A DNA stretch of 64,000 nucleotides from Candidatus Segetimicrobium genomatis. Lineage in GTDB: Bacteria; Sysuimicrobiota; Sysuimicrobiia; Sysuimicrobiales; Kaftiobacteriaceae. The stretch spans positions 24,353 through 88,352 of the forward strand of contig VBAL01000112.1 of NCBI GenBank assembly GCA_005888595.1, in the 5' to 3' direction. Position 1 is the first letter of the stretch. Every line of letters begins with the position of its first letter. The translations under genes were made by a program, and so were the position numbers. The notes below the pieces were generated by a model. The model was not told where the DNA came from. It saw only the letters and a list, made by a program, of their open reading frames with translations, and searched no databases. Positions 1-7,812 of this stretch are shown in pieces.

Positions 1-773
1 CTGTAGCCTCCTCCTTCGTCGATTTCGCTTCCGGTGAAATGGATGAACACATCCTCGAGTGTCGCCCCGCCGCCGACCGTTTCCCGGAGCGTCTGCGGAC
101 TCCCGACAGCCGTGATCACACCGCGATGCATGATGGCTACCTCGTCGCACAACTCTTCGGCTTCCTCCATATAGTGGGTGGTCATCACGATCGTCGTACC
201 CTCGGAGCGCCGAACATCCCGGATGTGTTGCCATACGGCGTGGCGGGCCACCGGATCAAGGCCGACCGTGGGCTCGTCCAGAAACAGCACCGCGGGCCGG
301 TGGAGCATCGCCTGCGCGATCTCTAGGCGCCGGATCATGCCGCCGGAGTATGTCCGGACGAGCGTGTGCGCGGCATCGCTCAGGCCCATGAATTCCAACG
401 CGCCGGCGATCCGCTCCCGGCGCTGTCCGGATGGAATGCGGTAGAGCTTGGCCGAGATCAGCAGGTTCTCGTATCCGGTCAGCGTGCTGTCGGCCGACAG
501 CATTTGCGGCACGTAGCCGATCTTCGCGCGTACCCGCGCCGCCTCCCGCACGACGTCGGCTCCCGCTACGCGGGCTCCCCCGGAGGTCGGTGCCAGCAGG
601 GTCGTCAGGATCTTGATAGTCGTGCTCTTGCCGGCGCCGTTGGGACCCAGCAGGCCGAAGACCGAGGACGCCGGGACGGTGATCGACAGCGCGTCGACGG
701 CCACCAGCGAACCGAACCGGCGCGTCAGACGGTCTGTGATGACGGCAGGGGGAAGACTCTCGCGCTCAGCCAA
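1..773 (-). CDS. ABC transporter ATP-binding protein (ABC-2/DrrA-like); C-terminus lies beyond window edge
   Basis: Not in ORF track because it is open at the window edge. Manual reverse translation from TTG at 773 gives Walker A GLLGPNGAGKSTT, signature YSGGMIRRLEIA, Walker B VLFLDEPTVGLD and TTHYMEEA. The start overlaps the stop of the MarR gene by 8 nt. Confidence 0.8.
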   Translation of the reverse strand, partial: MAERESLPPAVITDRLTRRFGSLVAVDALSITVPASSVFGLLGPNGAGKSTTIKILTTLLAPTSGGARVAGADVVREAARVRAKIGYVPQMLSADSTLTGYENLLISAKLYRIPSGQRRERIAGALEFMGLSDAAHTLVRTYSGGMIRRLEIAQAMLHRPAVLFLDEPTVGLDPVARHAVWQHIRDVRRSEGTTIVMTTHYMEEAEELCDEVAIMHRGVITAVGSPQTLRETVGGGATLEDVFIHFTGSEIDEGGGY

Positions 774-1248
774 TGATCCCGGTCTCCTCTCGAAACAGGC
801 GGTCTAATACGGCGAGCGCGCCGGCAACCTTCCGCAGGTCCGCCGCGGACGCCCCGGCCAGCCGCATCGCGACATGCCGCCGCGCCTTGCTGCGCATCCG
901 GGCGAATAGCCGTCCACCGGCAGGCGTGAGGGTCAGCGCCACGCGGCGCCGCTCCGCCGGATCCGGCACGCGTCCCACCAGACGGCGGCGTACCAGCCGG
1001 TCGACGATGGTCGATGCCGTCGGCGCAGTGACTCCGAGATGTTCGGCGACGCCGGCCAGCGAAGCGCCCGGATGACGCTCGACGAACGCCAGCGCCCGGA
1101 ACTGCGGGACGGACACCACGAGCGCGCCCTGGCGCCGCATCTCCGCCCGCACAACGCGCATCACCAGCGGTACTGTCTCGAGAATCTCCCGCGCGCAGCG
1201 GTCCGCCGCGGTAGAAGGTTCGGATCTCGACACGACGCGCAGGGCCAT
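766..1248 (-). CDS. MarR family transcriptional regulator
   Basis: 160-aa ORF with a winged-helix core: SVPQFRALAFVERHPGASLAGVAEHLGVTAPTASTIVDRLVRRRLV...DRRRVALTLTPAG. ATG start. Confidence 0.85.
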   Translation of the reverse strand: MALRVVSRSEPSTAADRCAREILETVPLVMRVVRAEMRRQGALVVSVPQFRALAFVERHPGASLAGVAEHLGVTAPTASTIVDRLVRRRLVGRVPDPAERRRVALTLTPAGGRLFARMRSKARRHVAMRLAGASAADLRKVAGALAVLDRLFREETGIIG

Positions 1249-1279
1249 AAGATCGCCGTCCTAACTATTAGATGACCTA

Positions 1280-1309
1280 AGTATAAACCCCGACTCCGAG
1301 GGCGGTCAA
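1280..1309 (-). promoter_or_regulatory. Candidate sigma-70-type promoter of the marR-ABC operon, followed by an AT-rich operator-like inverted repeat
   Basis: Minus strand reads TTGACC (1309-1304), an 18-nt spacer, then TATACT (1285-1280). The short inverted repeat TTAGGTCATCTAA follows at 1279-1267, between the -10 and the ATG at 1248. This is the only AT-rich patch in the spacer. Confidence 0.4.
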
Positions 1310-1334
1310 GCGCGGGATCCGGCTGATCCAGGTC

Positions 1335-2321
1335 CTAGGTCCGGCGCCCCGGTATGGGTTCGGTGGGAGGAGTGATCCGGAGGAACAGCGTCTCCAACAG
1401 CAACCGCGGGTGGACGTTCATCTCCAGAGCATCTTTCGCGTCTTCGACCGCCTGAATGCGCGCATTGAGAAGCGCGAGGGACAGGGCGGTGGCCAGCGCA
1501 GCAATCCGGTCCCGGCGATCCAAGTTGATCAGCTGCTCCTCGTCACCGGTCTGCTGCCAGACTAGAAGGTCCCGGTACCAGAACAGTGCGATCTCCAGGA
1601 GTTCAGGCAGGTTATCCTTGTCTTGTGCGAATTCCTCGGCGGCATCCAGTCGTTCCAACGGATCGGCCTGCTCCAGCCGCTCGAGCAAATCCAGCATCTG
1701 CTCACGGCGTTGCTGCGTCTCCTCCGACGTGACCCAGCGCACCGCCCGGCCCAGTTCACCCCCGGCCAGCGCGGCGACGAACCGGGCCCGCCCTTTCGGC
1801 ACTCCATACCGCTCGACCAAGGCGCGCTCGATCGCGGGCGACGGAATCAGCGAGAACCTGACCAGCTGACAGCGTGAGACTACAGTCGGTTCCTCCAGGA
1901 CCTTGAGCAGGCTGTTGGCCGCCTCGTTGGTCATCGCATCGGCGTCGACGAGGACATAGACTTTCCACCGGCTTTGGTATGGAGGATAGACCACCTCTCG
2001 CCGCAGCGCGAGCACCTGCTTGATCCCGATTCCGGTCTTCGTGGTATCCTCGGGGTCGAGCAGCCGGCCCTGTGCGACGTCGACGACGCGGACGTCCGGA
2101 TGCTGACCCGACGCGATGAGGGTGCAGGTCCGGCACTGACCGCAGGCGTCGCCGTCAGCGCGCTCGCAGTTCAGGAGTTGCGCAAACGCGATCGCGGCGT
2201 TATGCCGGCCGACGCCCCGCGGGCCGACGAACAGGTAGGCGTGAGAAACCCGGTCGCTGCGGACAGCCGTCCGCAACAATAACACCGCGTGATCCTGGTT
2301 AACAAGCTCACGAAAGGGCAT
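1335..2321 (-). CDS. holB: DNA polymerase III subunit delta' (HolB)
   Basis: 328 aa. N-terminus LVNQDHAVLLLRTAVRSDRVSHAYLFVGPRGVGR, Cys cluster CERADGDACGQCRTC, and VYVLVDADAMTNEAANSLLKVLEEP. Lies downstream of tmk/darA, as in Bacillus. Confidence 0.9.
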   Translation of the reverse strand: MPFRELVNQDHAVLLLRTAVRSDRVSHAYLFVGPRGVGRHNAAIAFAQLLNCERADGDACGQCRTCTLIASGQHPDVRVVDVAQGRLLDPEDTTKTGIGIKQVLALRREVVYPPYQSRWKVYVLVDADAMTNEAANSLLKVLEEPTVVSRCQLVRFSLIPSPAIERALVERYGVPKGRARFVAALAGGELGRAVRWVTSEETQQRREQMLDLLERLEQADPLERLDAAEEFAQDKDNLPELLEIALFWYRDLLVWQQTGDEEQLINLDRRDRIAALATALSLALLNARIQAVEDAKDALEMNVHPRLLLETLFLRITPPTEPIPGRRT

Positions 2322-2327
2322 AATAAT

Positions 2328-2404
2328 GGAATTGTAAATTGTGGATTGTGAATTGTGAATTGAACATCAATGCCTCAAAATCCACAATTGACAATCCACA
2401 ATTT
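2328..2404. repeat. Tandem-heptamer hairpin, TGAATTG family
   Basis: Left arm 2328-2362: ggaattg taaattg tggattg tgaattg tgaattg. Right arm 2377-2404: aaaatcc acaattg acaatcc acaattt. Fills the darA-stop to holB-start spacer. Same word family as 59918-59986. Confidence 0.85.
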
Positions 2405-2742
2405 CAAAATCGTTCCATACGTTCAACCTGCAATACGAATACAATCGCCCCGCCCACCTCTACCTTGACGGGGTAGGTCACGTAGGAGTCGACCGGTTCT
2501 ACGGCGGGCGGCATTGGGCTGACGAACTGCTCGCGGCGGTGGGCGGAACGCTGAATGACCCCCAACACCTGGTCAATCTGTGCGTCTTCCACTCCGATCA
2601 GGATGGTAGAGTTGCCCTCGCGCAGGAAGCCTCCGGTGCTGGCCAGCATCGTCGCGTTGAACCCGTCCTCGGTGAGGGCATCGATCAGCCGCCCCACGTC
2701 CTTCTCCTGCACAATGGCTAGGACGAGTCTGATGCCCGCCAC
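2404..2742 (-). CDS. darA: Cyclic-di-AMP receptor DarA/PstA (PII-like, DUF970), if translated separately from the GTG at 2742
   Basis: (M)AGIRLVLAIVQEKDVGRLIDALTEDGFNATMLASTGGFLREGNSTILIGVEDAQIDQVLGVI...VEVGGAIVFVLQVERMERF. It matches B. subtilis YaaQ/DarA along its whole length (from memory). Gene order tmk-darA-holB is as in B. subtilis. Confidence 0.7.
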   Translation of the reverse strand: MAGIRLVLAIVQEKDVGRLIDALTEDGFNATMLASTGGFLREGNSTILIGVEDAQIDQVLGVIQRSAHRREQFVSPMPPAVEPVDSYVTYPVKVEVGGAIVFVLQVERMERF

Positions 2743-3387
2743 CCCCTCGCGCCCAGGAGCCCCTCCACCAGCCGGACGACCTCGTCGTGCACAACGCCCT
2801 GGGCGCGACTGCCGTCCACGACGCGGCGCGATTGCGAGGAATCCTGACCTCACGCGCGTGTGGAAACTCAGGCTTTCCTGCTCGAGACGATCGCCGTGGC
2901 CCGGCCGGCCCTCTTTGCCCGCGGTCTGGCGCGCGCGCCGGAGTCCCACGGCCGGATCGATGTCCAGCAGAATGGTCAGATCCGGCATCACGCCCCGAGT
3001 GGCCCCTTCGTTTACCCGGCGCACCAGCTCCACGTCCAGACCGCGGCCGAATCCCTGGTAGGCGATCGACGCATCAACATATCGCTCTGACAGCAACACC
3101 CGCCCGTCCCGCAGCGCCGGTTCCACCACTTCTGCGACAAACTGCGCACGTGAGGCGGCAAACAGCAGCATCTCCGTCACCGGAGTCATCGCGGTGTTGC
3201 TCGCGTCCAGGAGCATGGCCCGGATGCGCTCGCCGATTGCCGTGCCGCCGGGTTCACGCGTGTACACCACCTGGAACCGGTCGCGGAGACGTTCATGAAG
3301 GAGGCGCGCCTGCGTGGTTTTGCCGGCGCCTTCGGGGCCCTCAATTGTAATGAAAATTCCTCGTCTGGCCATTTGCCCTAACTCCAA
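2404..3387 (-). CDS. tmk: dTMP kinase (Tmk) ORF that runs in frame into a DarA/PstA-type c-di-AMP receptor domain (apparent fusion, or a frameshifted tmk plus a separate darA)
   Basis: N-terminal ~200 aa are thymidylate kinase (FITIEGPEGAGKTTQ, YTREPGGT, DRYVDASIAYQG). The C-terminal 112 aa are DarA-like. The ~40-aa junction (PRRGRQSRPGRCARRGRPAGGG...) is low-complexity. The canonical Tmk C-terminus RVVDGSRAQGVVHDEVVRLVEGLLG is readable only in another frame. The likely true start is the ATG at 3372; 3387 is TTG. Confidence 0.85.
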   Translation of the reverse strand: MELGQMARRGIFITIEGPEGAGKTTQARLLHERLRDRFQVVYTREPGGTAIGERIRAMLLDASNTAMTPVTEMLLFAASRAQFVAEVVEPALRDGRVLLSERYVDASIAYQGFGRGLDVELVRRVNEGATRGVMPDLTILLDIDPAVGLRRARQTAGKEGRPGHGDRLEQESLSFHTRVRSGFLAIAPRRGRQSRPGRCARRGRPAGGGAPGREGVAGIRLVLAIVQEKDVGRLIDALTEDGFNATMLASTGGFLREGNSTILIGVEDAQIDQVLGVIQRSAHRREQFVSPMPPAVEPVDSYVTYPVKVEVGGAIVFVLQVERMERF

Positions 3388-3391
3388 ATTG

Positions 3392-3500
3392 CAAATCTAT
3401 TGAATCTGTTCAATCTATTGGATCTATTGAATCAACTGCGGACATTCACCCGTGTGATAGATTCAATAGATTCAACGGATCCAATAGATTCAATAGATTC
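3392..3500. repeat. Tandem 9-mer hairpin, AATCTATTG family
   Basis: Left arm 3392-3433: aatctattg aatctgttc aatctattg gatctattg aatc. Right arm 3457-3500: gatagattc aatagattc aacggatcc aatagattc aatagattc. Lies between the R3H-ATPase stop and the tmk start. Confidence 0.85.
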
Positions 3501-3536
3501 GACATGGAAACGGGGGAGACTACCTCAATCGGCCAG

Positions 3537-5132
3537 CTACCTGGGAAAGATGACCACGCGTCTGAACGGTTCCTCGCCTCTGCTTTCGGAGGCCAGACCG
3601 TAGCGCTGGACCAGCTGATGCTGCAGCCGGCGGACATAGGAGTTCTGAGGAGACAGCTCGACAGGTTGCGTTGAACTGAGCACTTCGGAGATTGCTTCCT
3701 CGACTTCCCGCAGGGCCATCTCCTGCTCATCCGCGTCCTCTACATCGAAGACGCTGCGCAGAAACCCCTGAATCTGGCTGATGGTATTGCTCTTCAGGAC
3801 GTGCAGCATCTTGCCACGATCCACCGCTTCGCGCAGCTTGCGCGGCTGCCGCCGTTCCTGGGACTTCAGCGTCAGCACGACGTCGGCATCCTGCAGCGAG
3901 TCAGACACATAGGCCGGGACGCGCAGGTCGCGGATGGCTCGCTCCAGCCGGTTCCGGCTGACCGCGTAGGGGTAGATGCGCACCGCTTTGCGGCCGGGGC
4001 GCGTAACGTCCTCCCCCGCCGGCGGGGCCATCGGCCCGTGCGGCGCCCAGGTCTCTACTTTCGCGGTCGGGGCTTCGATCTGCACCTCGCCTCCCTCCGT
4101 GCGGACGCGGATTTCCGGCCGCGGGGGTGCGCCGCGCAGGTAGCGGTCCACCACGGTGGCGACGTCGTGGTGTACGGCTAGGCGGTCTTTGTCCTGGATC
4201 TCGATCACGACGTCGAAGGTCGGCGGCGCCTTGCGTTCCAGAACCGTCTTCTGCGTGCCGCGGCGGCGGGCTTCCTCATCGGACAGGGTCACGGCTTGAA
4301 TCCCGCCGACCAGGTCGGACAGGGTCGGGTTCTGCAGCAGGTTGTCCAGCGTATTGCCGTGGGCGGTGGCGATGAGCTGCACGCCCCGCTCGGCAATGGT
4401 CCGCGCCGCCAGCGCTTCGGCCTCGGTGCCGATCTCGTCGATGACGATCACCTGCGGCATGTGGTTCTCCACTGCTTCGATCATCACCGCATGCTGCAGT
4501 TCCGGATGCGGCACCTGCATGCGGCGGGCGCCGCCGATGCCGGGGTGCGGGATGTCCCCGTCGCCGGCGATCTCGTTGGAGGTATCCACGACGACCACAC
4601 GCTTGCTGAACTCATCGGCCATGACGCGGGCGGCCTCGCGCAGCAGCGTGGTCTTGCCGACCCCGGGCCGCCCCACGAGCAAAATACTCTTGCCGGACTC
4701 GATGACATCGCGCACAATGTCGACCGTCCCGACCACCGCCCGCCCGACGCGGCAGGTCAGACCGATGATCTCCCCCTGCCGGTTGCGGATCCCGGAGATG
4801 CGATGCAGCGTGCGCTCGATGCCTGCGCGGTTGTCTTTGCCGAACGCGCCGACACGGCTGGTGACGAAGCGGATGTCCTCGTGGGCGACGTACCCTTCGT
4901 CGAGATAGAGGACGCGGCCGGGGAAGCGGGCCTCGGGGCGGCGGCCCAGATCGAGCACGACTTCGAGCAGCGTCTCCAGATCAGACTGCTGCTGCAACGC
5001 CGTACCCACCTTGGACGGGAGGACTTCCAGCAGCAAGTCCAGGTTGTCGGTGATGTGAATCTGTCGGGGCGCCACGTCAACCCCGGCTCCGCGGAGATTC
5101 GCCGCGGGTTGTACGCTCACGCCGTCAGGCAT
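3537..5132 (-). CDS. R3H-domain AAA+ ATPase (Ycf45/SpoIIIAA-like nucleic-acid-binding protein)
   Basis: Walker [15 protein letters not shown] and Walker [14 protein letters not shown]-terminal R3H-like segment: [39 protein letters not shown]. The ORF track extends to 5183, but codons 5183-5133 have low GC3 and contain a hairpin, so the ATG at 5132 is preferred. Confidence 0.8.
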   Translation of the reverse strand: MPDGVSVQPAANLRGAGVDVAPRQIHITDNLDLLLEVLPSKVGTALQQQSDLETLLEVVLDLGRRPEARFPGRVLYLDEGYVAHEDIRFVTSRVGAFGKDNRAGIERTLHRISGIRNRQGEIIGLTCRVGRAVVGTVDIVRDVIESGKSILLVGRPGVGKTTLLREAARVMADEFSKRVVVVDTSNEIAGDGDIPHPGIGGARRMQVPHPELQHAVMIEAVENHMPQVIVIDEIGTEAEALAARTIAERGVQLIATAHGNTLDNLLQNPTLSDLVGGIQAVTLSDEEARRRGTQKTVLERKAPPTFDVVIEIQDKDRLAVHHDVATVVDRYLRGAPPRPEIRVRTEGGEVQIEAPTAKVETWAPHGPMAPPAGEDVTRPGRKAVRIYPYAVSRNRLERAIRDLRVPAYVSDSLQDADVVLTLKSQERRQPRKLREAVDRGKMLHVLKSNTISQIQGFLRSVFDVEDADEQEMALREVEEAISEVLSSTQPVELSPQNSYVRRLQHQLVQRYGLASESRGEEPFRRVVIFPR

Positions 5133-5170
5133 CGCAAATGAAACAAGGGGAACCCAAGCGGCTCCCCTTG
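5133..5170 (-). terminator. Terminator-like hairpin with a U-rich tail, immediately 5' of the R3H-ATPase start codon
   Basis: Minus strand: CAAGGGGA-gccgcttgggt-TCCCCTTG (5170-5144), followed by TTTCATTTGCG and then the ATG at 5132. 8-bp stem. Confidence 0.35.
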
Positions 5171-5250
5171 CGCGTCCCTCCATCTATGGAGACCCGGTAC
5201 GTGTTGTCGTCGTCAGCCACGTGCGAATTGGGTCTCACAACGTCACCCGT

Positions 5251-5259
5251 ATTATACCA
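5251..5259 (-). promoter_or_regulatory. Candidate extended -10 promoter (TGGTATAAT) for the R3H-ATPase/tmk/darA/holB transcription unit
   Basis: Minus strand reads ...gcgggtaTGGTATAATacggg. A perfect TATAAT with a TGn extension. No clear -35. Confidence 0.4.
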
Positions 5260-5312
5260 TACCCGCTCCTTCGATTTTTCCGGACCTCTCCCTATCGTCG
5301 AGGGCCGGTGCG

Positions 5313-6518
5313 TCACCGCGGACGGATTTCGAGGATGAGACACGTGAGATAGCGCGTCTCCGGCATCGCCGGGTGCACCGGATGGTCGCGGCTTTGACCG
5401 CGGCTCTCAATGAGACGGACAGCGCGCTGCGCGTCGGCGGACGCCGCCACCACCACCTCCAGCAGTTGTGCCTCGCCCACATGATGCGAGCAGGAGCACG
5501 TGATCAGGATTCCGCCCGGCCGGAGCAGCTTCATCGCCCGCAGATTGACTTCCTTATATCCCGCCAGCGCCCGTGGCACTGCCTCCCGGCCGCGAGCAAA
5601 CGGCGGTGGGTCCAGGATGACTACGTCGAACTGGGCGTGCACGGACACCAGGCGGCGCAGTTCGTCAAAGGCGTTGGCGACGGTGAACGCGCACCGATCC
5701 CCCACGCCGTTGAGGTCCGCGGTGCGCTTCGCCAGCGCCGCCGCCTCACCCGAGATCTCGATCCCGGTCACACGCGTGGCACCGGCCAGCGCGGCCTGGA
5801 CCCCAAACGCTCCTGTGTAACAAAATGCGTCCAAGACCGCGGCACCGTCGCACAGCGCCGCCACGGCCAGACGGTTCTCGCGCTGATCCAGGAAGCCACC
5901 CGTCTTCTGCCCGCGGGCCACATCCACCAGCAGACGGGCGCGCCCCTCCTCGATCTCGACCAGTGAGTCCGCCTCGCCTCGGAGCCCTGCACCGTCGGGC
6001 GCAGAGTGCAACCAGCCGGTCTGCGACGGCAGGCCTTCCAGCCGGCGAACGGGCGGGTCGTTACGCTCGTAGATGGCCACCGGCTGCAGCAGTTCTGACA
6101 GCAGTCCGGCCAGCAACAGTTTGCGCACTTCCATCCCCAGCGCCAGCGTCTGCATCACTACCACGTCGCCGTAGCGATCAACAATCAAAGACGGCAGCGC
6201 GTCGGCCTCGCCGTACACAGCGCGGAACGCCCGCGCCGTCCCCAGCACACGCTGCCGGTACGCGAGCGCCTGCTGCAGGCGTCGACGGAAGAACGCCTCA
6301 TCGATCTCCTCATGGCCGAAGGTCAGCAGGCGGACGGTCAGGGCGGAGTTGCGATTGAGGAACCCGCGGCCGATCCATTGGCCGCGGATCGCACGCACGT
6401 CGACGATCCCGCCGTCCTCGACCTGTCCTTCGATCCGCGCGATCTCACCGGCGAAAATCCAGAGGTAACCTGCGCTGGCACGCTGGTCTCGTCCTAGTTT
6501 GAGGAAGACGGTAGGCAC
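5313..6518 (-). CDS. Class I SAM-dependent rRNA methyltransferase, RlmI-like (PUA + MTase)
   Basis: 401 aa. N-terminal PUA-like region, GQKTGGFLDQREN, SAM-binding VLDAFCYTGAFGV, and VILDPPPFAR. Confidence 0.85.
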   Translation of the reverse strand: MPTVFLKLGRDQRASAGYLWIFAGEIARIEGQVEDGGIVDVRAIRGQWIGRGFLNRNSALTVRLLTFGHEEIDEAFFRRRLQQALAYRQRVLGTARAFRAVYGEADALPSLIVDRYGDVVVMQTLALGMEVRKLLLAGLLSELLQPVAIYERNDPPVRRLEGLPSQTGWLHSAPDGAGLRGEADSLVEIEEGRARLLVDVARGQKTGGFLDQRENRLAVAALCDGAAVLDAFCYTGAFGVQAALAGATRVTGIEISGEAAALAKRTADLNGVGDRCAFTVANAFDELRRLVSVHAQFDVVILDPPPFARGREAVPRALAGYKEVNLRAMKLLRPGGILITCSCSHHVGEAQLLEVVVAASADAQRAVRLIESRGQSRDHPVHPAMPETRYLTCLILEIRPR

Positions 6519-6544
6519 GAAACTACGGGACTACAGTCCCGTTG

Positions 6545-7807
6545 TCAAAATAGTGTCGTCTGCGCGGGTTCTTCTTCCTTCTCCGCTTCGGCCGGCGCAG
6601 CGGACCCTACCGTGGCGCCGAAGATCCGGATCTCGCCGTAGGTGCCGTCGTAGCCGGGCTTGATCTCGACCTGGCCCTCGCGGACGCGGCGCACGCCCTC
6701 GACGATGCGGGGCGTGGTATGCCTGGCAAGCTCGTCGGCCGGCACCTCGAGCAAGACCGCGAACTCCGACCCCAGCCGCGCGCAGAGCTTGAAGTACTCC
6801 TCGCGCACCCCGCTGGTGCCGACCTGTGCCCCCATTGCTTCTGCGATGATTTCTTCCAGCGGGATCAAGTTGCGGTAGGGGACGACGCTTGTTGGCACAT
6901 ACCCGGCCTCGCGATCGGCCAGGTCCTCCACACGATGCATCACGCCGACGGTGACGGGCCGCTTACAGACCGGGCAGCGGTTCGCGGCAGCCTTGGCCTC
7001 ATTCGGGGTCATGCGGGTGTTGCAGTTCCGGTGGCCATCGTAGTGATACTTGCCCTCCTCTGGGAAGAACTCCACCGTGTACAGAAACTTGCTGGTATCC
7101 TTCTCGCGGAGCACCCGCATCAGCTCGTAGTAGTCCGGCTCGGCCTCAAAGACATTAGCCTCGCGCCCCAGCTTGGCCGGCGAATGGGCGTCGGAGTTGC
7201 TGACCAGCATGACCCTGTCCAGCTGCGACAGCCGCCAGTTCATGGGCGGATCGCTGCTCAATCCGGTCTCGACCGCCGCGATATGCTTGGTCTGCGCGCC
7301 GAAGCACTCCTCCAGCGAGTCGAATCCGGAGTTGGACCCGAACAGGCTGAACCAGGGCGTCCAGGCGTGTGCGGGCACCACCATGCAGTCGGGCGAGATC
7401 TCCATGATGTACTCCACCATCTTGTCGGATGGCACCGTGAGCGTGGGCCGGCCATCGGCCATCAAGGATCCGAACCGCCCCAGGACCGCGTTGATGCGCT
7501 CCGCCAGCTCAAACGTCGGGCAGAAGATGATGTTGTGAATCTTGCGCAGCCGGCCGGCCCGAGGGTAGATGTTGGAGACCTCTACCGTGAGCATGAAGTA
7601 CACGCCGGCGTGCATGTAGAGGCCACGGTCGGTGGGTTTCAGCTTGACCTTGAGTTCGCGGAGCCAGACGGGGTGGGTGAAATCGCCGGTGCCGACGATG
7701 GTAATACCTTTGATCTTGCACCACCGGGCCATGTTCTCCACATCCATCTCCCGGCTCGTGGCCCGGCTGTACTTGGAGTGGAGGTGAAGATCGGCGATAA
7801 TGCGCAT
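6545..7807 (-). CDS. endoQ: Endonuclease Q family protein (PHP domain, TIGR00375-type)
   Basis: 420 aa. MRIIADLHLHSKYSRATSREMD...GITIVGTGDFTHPVWL (PHP metal ligands), internal Zn ribbon NRCPVCKRPVTVGVMHRVEDLAD. Length and layout match archaeal EndoQ. Confidence 0.75.
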   Translation of the reverse strand: MRIIADLHLHSKYSRATSREMDVENMARWCKIKGITIVGTGDFTHPVWLRELKVKLKPTDRGLYMHAGVYFMLTVEVSNIYPRAGRLRKIHNIIFCPTFELAERINAVLGRFGSLMADGRPTLTVPSDKMVEYIMEISPDCMVVPAHAWTPWFSLFGSNSGFDSLEECFGAQTKHIAAVETGLSSDPPMNWRLSQLDRVMLVSNSDAHSPAKLGREANVFEAEPDYYELMRVLREKDTSKFLYTVEFFPEEGKYHYDGHRNCNTRMTPNEAKAAANRCPVCKRPVTVGVMHRVEDLADREAGYVPTSVVPYRNLIPLEEIIAEAMGAQVGTSGVREEYFKLCARLGSEFAVLLEVPADELARHTTPRIVEGVRRVREGQVEIKPGYDGTYGEIRIFGATVGSAAPAEAEKEEEPAQTTLF

Positions 7808-7812
7808 GCTCC

